Positions 24,739 through 35,048 of a stretch of DNA of 64,000 nt are shown one piece after another. The DNA is from Vitrella brassicaformis CCMP3155. Lineage: Eukaryota; Protista; Chromerida. Made by a program: the position numbers and the translations under genes. The stretch covers positions 1-64,000 of the forward strand of contig CDMY01000387.1 in NCBI GenBank assembly GCA_001179505.1. Reading direction: 5' to 3'. How positions within the stretch are numbered: position 1 is the stretch's first letter; every line of letters begins with the position of its first letter. The notes beneath the pieces were generated by a model, which was not told the DNA's origin, searched no databases, and saw only the letters and a list, made by a program, of their open reading frames with translations.

Positions 24739-27470
24739 AGCTGCCTGATGCGGGTGAGTTCGTAGCCGTGTTGTCGTCAGCCGTAGCCATGGTGTCAAGC
24801 GCCAGTGAGGTCCTCGACGCCGCCATCAAACCACTACTACCCATAGCCACCGGATGGAAGCCCCCCGCCGAGGTACGACATATGGGCAAGACAGCCGTCC
24901 GCAGAGGTGCATCCCTCCACCCATCCGTGCTGTTCTCGCTTTCCCGTGTGCAGCCGTACGGCCGGCCTTGTTTGGACGGGCTGCCGTCGAATGTTGTGAG
25001 CGGCGTGCTGGTTGGCTTCCTCGAGGCGGCAGACGTCGCCAAGACATCACCGACCAACCAGACGATTCATAGCCAAGTGGGTGGGCGGGTTACCAAACAT
25101 ACACACCACATTCTCTCCACAAAGCACTGTGTGTGAACCCTGTCTGTTGTCGTCAGGTTCGTTGTCGCGCCTCACTCGATGGACTGCCCGGCGGCCTATT
25201 CCTCCAGGGCATCGCGGCCTTCTTCAGTACCAAGGCGGCCGCCCGACTGTGCCGCGTCAGTAGGGAGATCCGCACTCAGATCATGAGCAAGGAGACCGGC
25301 ATATTCCAGCACTTCATCATGGCCAGCGACGACACATACACACCGCAGCAACGGACCCTGCTCAAGCCACGATTGGTGAGACACCTACCTAACACACGCA
25401 TGCTGCGGTGGTTCTGACCCCTCTCCCTGTGCGTGCCTGCAGACGAGCGTCAAGGCAGCCACGATCGAGGTGGGCTCAGAGCCGTCGAGAGGTCTCGCCG
25501 TCTCGGTGCCAAGAGCCTTCAGCAGCTCACGACCGAGGTGGGCTCATGAGTCGTCGGTGGGGCTCGCCGCGTCGGTGCTGAGAGCCAACAGCACCACACT
25601 CACACGACTGGCCTTCAGAGGGACCCCAGATGAGCCGGAACTGTTCCCTTTCCGCCCTACCGCCGCCCGTGGCGTGCCCTTCCCAAGTGTGGAGCAGCTG
25701 AGCGTGACGAGCGGCATATGGCTCGCATACTTCAGGTAAGCAAGACAACACACACGCACACGCAAGCCCGGTACACGAATCGGTATCGTCAGCAGGCGGG
25801 AGCTATGGACGTTTCCCGGCCTGCTGACGCTCCACATCGACAGCAGCAGCTGCAGCTGCGGCAAGGAGATCGAGCACATCATCGAGACATCCCCCAAGCT
25901 CATCCACATGACGGGCTACATGTCGGCCGCAGCAGCGGGCGAAAGCCCGGGCGAAGTCATTGCCGAAGGCTTCGACTACATGTACGGGGGCTTTCTCACT
26001 TCCCTCAACAGCTGCCCCGCCCTCGCATCGCTGCCCAAGCTCAATGTCGCCGCCTTCCCCGACCTGAGCAAGGCCTTAGGGCCACTATCGATGGTCAAGA
26101 ACGCCCTGTCGGCACAGTGGGGCAAGCCATCGATGCTAGGTCGGCTCTAGGGTGGATGTGAGTGGTGCGCTTCGATATGCACATATGCGTGTGTGTGTGT
26201 GTGTGTGGATGCAGGCGTGCCCAAGAAGCTGCGTTTCGCTATTGAGACTGTAGGTGTTGGCGCCGACTTCAATGACCAGGTCATATGCCATACCCACCAC
26301 ATGTGTGCAGGTGAATCACTTGTCTGTGTATTCCCTGCAGATCCATTCGTTCCCTCGAGGGCGCCAGTCGTTCGGCATCCCTTCACTCCTCTCATGGGCA
26401 CAATCCAACAGCTGCCAGGCAATCAAGCACGCCGCACTCACTCACTCACTGACAGAGGCGTGTGTGTGAGTCCGCCTGCTTGTCGGTGCCATGTGTGTGT
26501 ATCAGATTGAGTGGGGTTGTGACCACATGTGGCTGTCGTGCGAGAGCGACAAGACCGCCGTGTCATTCACTTCGCCTCCAGACCCCACGGCCGCACGCTT
26601 CATTGGTCAACTCGCAACCAAAGCCGACAAGGTACCATCCCTCCCTCCTTCCCTCCCTCCCTCCCTCCCTCCATCCATCCATCCATTGATTGTCGGCAGG
26701 TGTCGTACCGTGGCGGCCTCTTAGCTCTGCATGACGATTGGAGTGACCACCTCTACTTCCCCACCGCGACTAAGCTCCACATCGTCGCCACCAAGCCCTC
26801 CCGGGCCATCCCCAGCATGGCCCCCTGGCTGGCCGACCAAGACGGCAGCGGCAAGAGCACCCGATTCCCCAACGTGACCGAGCTGGAGGTGGAGGTCGGC
26901 TGCATCCAGGGGATGGGAAGGGGGATGGGGCAGGAGGAGCGAGACGAGTACGAGCAGCGCCCGCCGCTTCCACACACCCTGGGGGCGCTGCTGGGGTCGC
27001 TCCGTCCACTGGAGGACGTTGAGGTCAGGACCAGTAGCCTCGGCATAGTGAAGGAGGTCGTTTCGTGTCTGCCAGCTCGCGTGTCGAGCCTTTTCGTATT
27101 CTGTGCCGCGCGTCTGAGTGAGCTGCCTGCCGATGCACCGGCTCTTGCCTACCCCCGCATCGACAGACTGATCATGAAGGCGGGCCGGGGAGAGGGGAAC
27201 TCTCCCATGGATGAGGAGCCCCTCACGTCGTATGGAAATGTGCAGGGGTGCGTGAGGCTCATCTGTGCCATGCGGCCACTGGTTTTTAATCTGACTGCGT
27301 TGGCCGACATGTCTGGGGGGAAGGAGGAGTTCGTCAAGGGGTGTCTGAGTGGGTGTGAGAGGGAGGTAGAGGCGCTGTATTCGATCACGTTTCGGCGGAT
27401 TGACGCGTATGAGAATACGTACCGTCTGACGGGCCACCTGCTGCAGGGGCCTGCCAGTGGTCATCGGTAG
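23575..27470 (+). CDS. Lineage-specific F-box-like / LRR-like protein, multi-exon
   Basis: Two F-box-like motifs (CLDGLPSNVVSGVLVGFLEAADVAK; SLDGLPGGLFLQGIAAFFSTKAAARLCRVSREIR) followed by recurring FPxLxxLxI-type repeats (FPSVEQLSV, FPGLLTLHI, FPTATKLHI, FPNVTELEV). Confidence 0.6.
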
Positions 27471-27714
27471 CTAGGCAGGACGTACGTGGGTGGGGTGGGG
27501 GTGTGTAGCTAGAGGTGTGTCAGTGAGGTACAGCGGGGGGTGGATCGGAGGTGTTGTGATGGCTGCTGCATGAGGTGAATGGGATGGGATTCACACGTGC
27601 CTGTGGTCCATCCATATCTGCTGCCTTGCCTGTAGATCTCTGTATGTCTTCTGTACACACCTATACATACGTACACACATCCATGCCATGCGCCCCCCTC
27701 CCCCCTCCCCCCCT

Positions 27715-28359
27715 TCACTCTCCTTGTCTCCTCTCTATATCTACATCTGTCCTACGGGTTGACTGGCTGTGGTCGTGGGTGCCCCGGACGATGGGTGATT
27801 GACTGCCTGCCTTGTCCTCGGCCTCCTTGTCGTTCTGGGCACCCTTCATCTCGTCGCACATGTCGGGGATGTTGTACTTGGACTGGAAGTCCGTGATGAT
27901 CGTCCAGTCATCACCTGACCGACCACCACACAGACACACACACAAGATGAAGGGATGGATGGATAGATGATCTGTGTGTGCCCCTGCCCGCCCCTGCTTA
28001 CCCAGGTAGTCCATTGCCACAACGTACACGTGGTGCGCCTCTGGTTCTCCATCCACCCTCAGCACGCCTTGTTTGGCTCCATCGAAATAGGGCCGCACGA
28101 ACGGCGTGTCCAGCCACTTGTCCTCATCATGACCGACACACTGGGCCACATGCACGAGCCGGTTGCTCTCCCGCCGCGCGTCGTCCTGGTGCGGAAACAG
28201 CTTGAAGGCAACATGCTGTCTGCCGTCTGCAGCGTCCAGCACTCATACGTCCCCAAACGCGCCATTGCCGCCTGGCAGTTCCCACACGTCAAAGCTGTCC
28301 GTCCGTCCATCGCGATAGATGTCGAGTGCACCTCTGTGGCTGTCATCTGCCGTGGCCAT
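27715..28359 (-). pseudogene. Truncated protein kinase-like sequence (N-lobe only) with in-frame TGA in the glycine-rich loop
   Basis: One frame reads GGNGAFGDV*VLDAADGRQHVAFKLF...DARRE...YVVAMDYLG, with TGA at 28243-28245. No HRD/DFG exons were found downstream before the convergent gene. Confidence 0.6.
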
Positions 28360-28581
28360 GCGTTTAAAAGCGTGCTGGGAGGTAGGGGGAGGGCGACGAC
28401 TGCGAGCTCAGAGATATCGAATGCAAGCTCATCAGAAGGTCAGAGAAGGGCAATGAAATGAGGAAAGCGGAGCCCAAGGACAAGAGCAACAGGCCGCTAA
28501 GCAAAGCAACCACAGGTAGCTCCCCCGTTCTGCCATGGTTTGACACTCATCTCTGTGTCTGCAGCCTTGTTCGCATGGAGC

Positions 28582-30532
28582 ATGCAGCGGCAGGGCGAGT
28601 CGGCCGACTGGCACATGGGCGCTACCACGGACCTCTCACCATCGCTGAAAATCGCTGCGGCCATCAACGCAAGTAAGGCCATGAATGCACGAGTGTCGGA
28701 GGCAAGAGGGCAGTGCAGACGACCGCATGCAGCCAGATTAAGGCCTCTCGTGTGTTGGTGCTTGATGTGTGTGGTTGCAGCCGTGGCTGAGATGCCCGGC
28801 GCGACGGATCTGTGTGCGGCGGGATCTTCCCGCGATGAGTCAGCCGAGAGAAACCTCGAACAGGTGAGGAGGGCATTGCTATGATGGCCACATGCACCTG
28901 TGTGTTATGTCGTGTCTTGTGTCCTGCACCAGCAACTCGTCCTCTACCACCTGGCACCCAACAACACGTAAGTAAGGCGGCCGTCCGACGGACGCTGATG
29001 CGAACAAGACCATTGTCCTCTGTCATGTTCGGTCAGCGCCCCCATGGATGATCGCATCGTTCTTGCTGAGCGTCTCGGGGCGAAGCTGCGGCCATCTGTG
29101 AGGGAGGGGGAGCTTTACCGGTCATTTCTATGCGCGTATAGGCTCATGGTGGGCAGACAGGGAGGCAGGCCGCAAGGCAGACCGAGGAAGACCCACCACG
29201 GACATGGCATGGCACCTCTGGCCTGGCAGGGTGCGTTGGAGACGATTGTTGACGAGCGTGCGTCAAGACTGTTCACTTCGGAGGAGGCGGACGAGTTGCT
29301 CAACCCCGTGGCAAGCGAGTGCCCAGACGAAAGCACTGTGGAACAAGGGTGGGCAAGATGCACCAAAAGACGTACGTCGACGAGTGTGTCTGCACTGCAT
29401 GTTATGTTGGGCATGGCGTGGTGTCTTGGATCAGCATTCGTTTGTTGAGTAAGTTGGCGACTACTGAGAAGGACACCAAGGAGGAGGACCAAGCGCACGT
29501 CACCCATGTCAAAGAGGAGTGTGACAAGGTACGCACGCACGCACGGAGGTCTCCCGCAACGCAAGTCTCCATGCATTCATTCATTCTGCAGATATGGCGG
29601 CAGGCGTGTTCGGATTTCCTGACCGACATGTCCACGGAGTGCCCTTCCGTACTCTCCAAAGTGAGTGACATTGATAAAAACCCGCACCGTTTCCTTCGCC
29701 CACGGCCTCATCTCATGACTCCCTCCCTCCGTGTGCGTGTGTGCAGGTGTTTGAGAAGGGCGTGTACCGAGATGTGTGTAAGCAAGTCAAGGAGGGCGGT
29801 GCTGGTGCTGACGGGGGACGGCAGGGAGGCCGTGGTGGCGGGGCATTGGAGGGGGAGGGGGAGGGTGAGCACCAGCAGCAGGAGGATAAGAAGCAGCCGC
29901 GTATTGAGCAACAGCCCCGGATACCCCAAGACCCCTTTGCAGAGATCAAGCAACGTGAGCCGCCACACAGCGAAAGCCAACAGTACACTGACTGATATAT
30001 CTGTGTGCTACGTGGGTGTCCCTGTGTGCAGCGATGGTGCGCCGGCCGCTCGTGAGGCGGAAGCAGAAGCGGCCCAGGGACGAGGGTGAGTAACCACCCA
30101 CAAGGAGAGGCTGCACCGCACCGTGTGCACCGCTTGTGTTGTTGGCCACCGTGTACTTACCTGCAGACACACTAGACGTGCAACGCAGCGAACCGTTTCT
30201 GCATTGGGAGGTAAACGAATCGCCCCTGGCTCAACAGCTGTTGATCTGTCATGATGGGCTAGGTTGACAGTTTGCTGGCGGGGCTGAATCGCTTCGGCCA
30301 GGGGAGATGGGAGGAGATCCTATCAGTACGCCGCCACACAGCCATAGCTATAGCTACCCGAACGCACCCCCAGAACAAGCCTCCTTTACTCGTGCAGGTT
30401 TACCCGTTTCGGAGGCGCACGACTGCCGACCTGCGCGAGGCGTTCCGGCGTATGATGGCTCAGGGCGACATCGTGAGCAGCAACGGGCGGTTCAAGATAC
30501 GTGACGCCAAGGAGGAGCAAAAGGACGACTAG
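28582..30532 (+). CDS. Telobox-type single Myb domain protein (TRF/TRFL-like), Myb at C-terminus, multi-exon
   Basis: Spliced C-terminus EPFLHWE|VDSLLAGLNRFGQGRWEEILS|VYPFRRRTTADLREAFRRM resembles the telobox consensus (PFxxxEVxxLxxxVxxxGxGRWxxI...RTxVDLKDKWR). Confidence 0.68.
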
Positions 30533-31164
30533 CCGCGGGCAGCCAATGCACTGCCTGGGTGGTGTGCAAAGCTTGGAGATGTCTTGACGTCTTTGCCACG
30601 GCTGGTGGTCTGTCTGACTCGTACGTGGGGCGCGGCGCGTGTATAGTGCAGATGGATGGATGGATGCGTGTGTGTGTGTGATATGGATCGATGCGATGGA
30701 TGGATGGATGTAATGATCGCACAATGAGTGGGATGAACGGCGATTGATTGACTGACTGGCCGACCGATTGTGTGCATAGCGTACGGCGTGGATGTGTTGA
30801 TAGCAAAGTGCATGGTATGGTGTACTACGACGCACCCACTCATGAAAAGAAGAAAGAAACGTTTACGTATGCACAACATTGACGGGCAGGCACATATTGG
30901 AAAGGTCTGTCTGTCGCTGCACACCCACACACACACGCAGGGCATACACAGAGGCAGGCAACCAACCCACGGCACGCAGCATGGCCTCTTCGTTCTAAAC
31001 TGACGGATGGATGCCAACACCACCACAAACACTCACGCATGAACTCACGCAACGATAGACAGACAGACAGACAGACAGAAGGTATGGAAATAAGCAGGGA
31101 CATCCGTATATCAGACAGGGAGTGGAGTGAGTCAGAGAGGGGGATGGGTGAGCCAGCCTGTCTG

Positions 31165-32823
31165 TCATGGCCCTGCTGCTGCCGCTGCTTTGGCCTCGGC
31201 ATACTTGTACTGAGGCAGCTGTGCACGCTTCTCCTCAGGAGATATCTGAAACACACACACAGACACACAGACAGACACACATGCCCGACGGAACTTGCTC
31301 GTCTGTCTGTGTGTGGTGTCTGTTTCCTTGGTTACCCACCTCTTCATCTTGGTACACCCATCGCGGTCCCCTCCCCTCCCCGCCCTCAGCAGAAGCAACC
31401 TATGCACACACGAACAAAAGACAGACAGCCATGAAACCCTCATCATTCCTCTACACGTCGTCACTCACCGCGGCCTCGCCGTTGGTCTGTGCGGGTGCCG
31501 TCATGCCAGGTGGCGTCAGCCCCGGGGGCATCCCCAGGCCCCCAGGCATCCCCATCCCCGGCCTCATCGCAGCAGCGGGCGGCACCAACCCTGGCGCGGC
31601 CCCCATGGCTGGCGGCACCATCCCGGCTGCTGGGGTGGGCAGTCGCGGGACCATCCCCATGGCACCTATCATGGGCATGGTGGGCATGGTCGGCCGCATG
31701 AAGCCCCCCATCATGGCCGGATACGCACCGCCAAACGGAAACGCGCTCGGCATCGCAGGAGCTGCACACACACACACACACACACACACAAAAGAGAAGC
31801 AGAAGGGGAACGATTTGAGACGGATGTGGTGTGGTGTGATGTGGGTCAGACAGGACAGAGAGGAGGGCAGTCTAGGAGTCATGAATGCATCATGCAGCAG
31901 GTGGAGTGAGTGAGTGAGTGTCATTCTGGCTTGCGTGCCTGGTGGATAGGGAGAGGGGTGGAGGAAGCGACCCAAATTGGGGTCGGTCTTGGCCAGGACA
32001 TTGCCGGAGCGCGACATGCCCTCTCTCCCCGCCTGTCTGTCTGTCTGTCTGTCTGTCTGTCTGCTCCCCTGCCTGTCTGCCGACTGTCAGATCATTCGTG
32101 CGATCGATGTGTCAGTTACTTGACAGACGAAGGGAGTATGCCATGCGCTGGAGAAAAAAGGCCATCCGTCACCCGTCCATCCATCCCTCCATGTACCGCC
32201 CATGCATTGCACCCCACGTACCTCTATCACGATGGATGCCCCGACCCCCCGCTTACTTGGCACTGCAGCAGGCATCATGGGCGGCACCACTGGCATACCG
32301 TTGGGCTGCGCACCGCCGCCACCAGCACCACCACCCCCCGGAGCGCCGCCCTTGTCGCCCCGGTCATGCAGGAACTCGGCGGGCACCCCCTCCATGCCGT
32401 GGACGATGACATCTGGGTTGTCGCGCCCATCCAGCGCATTCGGCACCTTGGTGATGGTCTCCTTGTGCACCTGAAGCATGTGCACCACCAAACCTGACCA
32501 CACAGCACAACATACACCAAAGGTACTGTCACATGCATCTGCAGAGCCTGATCCACTCTTGTGTCACTCACCTGTGGCGGTGTCGAGCTTGCGATGACAC
32601 TGATGGCATTTGAAGTGCTTCGCCTTCTGGTGCTGGACCAGCACCTTCTCGTCGTCAAACTCACGGTCACAGTAGTAACAAAAAGGCTTCACTACATCAG
32701 CCTTTCTCTTCTTGCGTCCCCTGCAGACAGCAAAGCACACACGCAGACAAGGCAGACAGACAGGTGAGGCGTGGAATGAGACAGACAGATTCCTGCCATG
32801 CATAAAGACACACATACATACAT
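31165..32823 (-). CDS. ZNF207: ZNF207/BuGZ (SUF4-like) C2H2 zinc-finger protein
   Basis: MGRKKRK...[59 protein letters not shown]...GMEGVP, a Pro/Met-rich middle, and C-terminal [13 protein letters not shown]. Confidence 0.95.
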
Positions 32824-33175
32824 CGCTCAAGGGCACTCCCGTACGTTCCTCGTCCTTCACGTCGCGGAGGGAGCTGCAATTCGAGCTGCAGTTGCGAGCT
32901 AAGCGGAAGGGAAGAGCGCGGGCAGGGGGATGCTGAGCTGAAACGTGGTGAACCGCACACCCGTGCAGTGCAGTAACTCATGGATTCATAGATCTGCCGC
33001 CGAGAGACCGTCGGAGGTGTGCACGAGGGCCAGCAGCACAACGCAGGAAGGATTGCGTATGATTCATTCCGCTCCTTGTTCTGTTGTTGTTGCTGTTGTT
33101 GTTGTTGCTGCAGGTGACCCCGTCTTGATGATGAGTCGCTCTGCTTGAGGCTATCTATCACACCGTCTTCCAACG

Positions 33176-34823
33176 ATGCCGTCGCTCTCTTGGCATCTTC
33201 TCTGCATCTGGACGGCAGTGGTGGCCGCGGTGACAGTCATCAGAGCTGACCATGCTAGCAGAGGCAGTTACGCTCTTCGGAATGGCGACGCGCGGGCTGC
33301 AGCGCTGTTTCGGCCGAGGTGGCATCAGAGAAGGGAGAGAGAGATCAGCGCTGTCCCTCCTCTGACCGAGGAGGACCCTGAGTGCAGCTGTGAAGGTGCC
33401 GGCCCTTCCCTTGACTCTGTCGTCTGTTTATCTGGCGGCAATCGGCAGCTACCCGGCATCCTGTCAGTGTGGCTACTGCCGTTCGCATGGATACGCAACC
33501 TGCTCGACCGTATCATCTATCGTGACTACTACAGCGGCCAGGCAGCCAGCCGCGTCTTCCTTCACCAGCTCGACCACGACCTAAAGTCGCCCGCCCACCC
33601 GCGGCCACTGTTCTTTAAGGGTTCATTCAAAGGTGCGCTCGACCACGCCAGGCAGACGTCGCGTTTTCTGCTGGTGTACATCCGGCCGGCGGCTGTGGCT
33701 GCCAAGAGGAGGGGAGGGCGGCGGCCCACCAATGTGGAGCAGGATGTACACTTCCTGACGCGAAGCCTGACGTCGTCTGAGGTGTGTCACTTTTTGGGCG
33801 AGCACTTTGTGTGCTGGGGTGCCATCTCGAGCCAGCAGCAGGCTGGCAGGGCGCTGAGAGAGCTCAAGGTGCGATCCAAGCGGTTCCCCACTCTCATCAT
33901 CGTGCACTCACCTGGTAAGTAAGGAGCGCTTCCCTTGTAAGCAACCATAGTACACGCGTGTGTCAAGCATGCATGCATGTTCTGCCTTCAGCCACCCCCG
34001 CCAGCCCTCTGAACCCCCCCGGCCCCCCCTCAATGCGGCCCTCGGTGCTGACGACCCACGCCTGCCGCCCCCCTCCCTCATCGGCACAATTCCTCAGCTG
34101 GCTCAACACCACCGCCAATGTGTACGGGGCACGGCTGGACAAAGACAGGGCCGCCATGGCAGCATTCAGGAGACAGCGGGCACTCGCAAAGGAGCAGAGG
34201 GAGGCCTACAGAGAGGCGCTCAAGTGAGGAGAGAGAAGGAGGGTCGCTAGCTGATTGTGCCCATGGTGTGCGATTGGTACGTACAGGCGCGATCGAATGG
34301 CAGGTCATGAAAGGGAGGGGGCCAGCGAGGGTGCTGGCGAGCCGTTGGAGGACGGCAAGGGCACATTCGACCTTGCTGATGAACCAGAAGCGACGGCAAG
34401 GGACGTCGTGACACTATCAGTGCGGCTACCCGACGGCAGGTAAGGTGCCCAGACGCCGCCGTATGTTGGCATCGCGACGTGATCTGTGTCACGTATATGT
34501 CTTGCAGGCGGTTACGTCGGCGGTATCGGCTGACAGCCAAATGGGAAGATGTGTACCAGTGGATAGCCAACAACTACCTCCCTGAAGACGCCGCCAATGC
34601 ACCCCCTCCCCCGCAAGCCAACGGAACATCCCTCCCCCAGCCACCCCCTCCCACCCCACGAGAGCTGGTGCGTCAGCTGCAGCTGAGCGTGGCTTTCCCA
34701 CCTGAGGCCAGGATACGGCTGAGCTGGGCGAGCGACAGGGGAAAGCAGCTGCGGAGGTCTGGGCTGGGGAGGGGAAAGAGTGATGAGCGTAGGACGGCCA
34801 TACTGCATGCGAAGATCGCGTGA
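33176..34823 (+). CDS. UBX-domain protein (FAF2/UBXD8-like: hydrophobic hairpin, UAS, coiled coil, UBX) with N-terminal signal-peptide-like leader
   Basis: UAS-like PLFFKGSFKGALDHARQTSRFLLVY...FLGEHFVCWG; coiled coil RQRALAKEQREAYREALK; UBX VTLSVRLPDGRRLRRRY...VYQW...LSVAFPP; leader MPSLSWHLLCIWTAVVAAVTVIRA. Confidence 0.82.
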
Positions 34824-35048
34824 ATCGACGTGATTTGTGGTATGTGGCGTGATACATGGCTTTGTCGTGTTGTGGTCGAGTGAACTTGACTCGTGTGTGC
34901 GTCCGTCCACACATAGCTAGATGAATTCGTCAGATGTGTCTAAAGTCCAATTCCACATCCATCCATGTATTTCACGAGCAAGTAAGGTCTGCAGCTGGAC
35001 AGAGACACGCTGCTCTGATGCGATTGCGACATGTCTCTCTCCGTCCCT

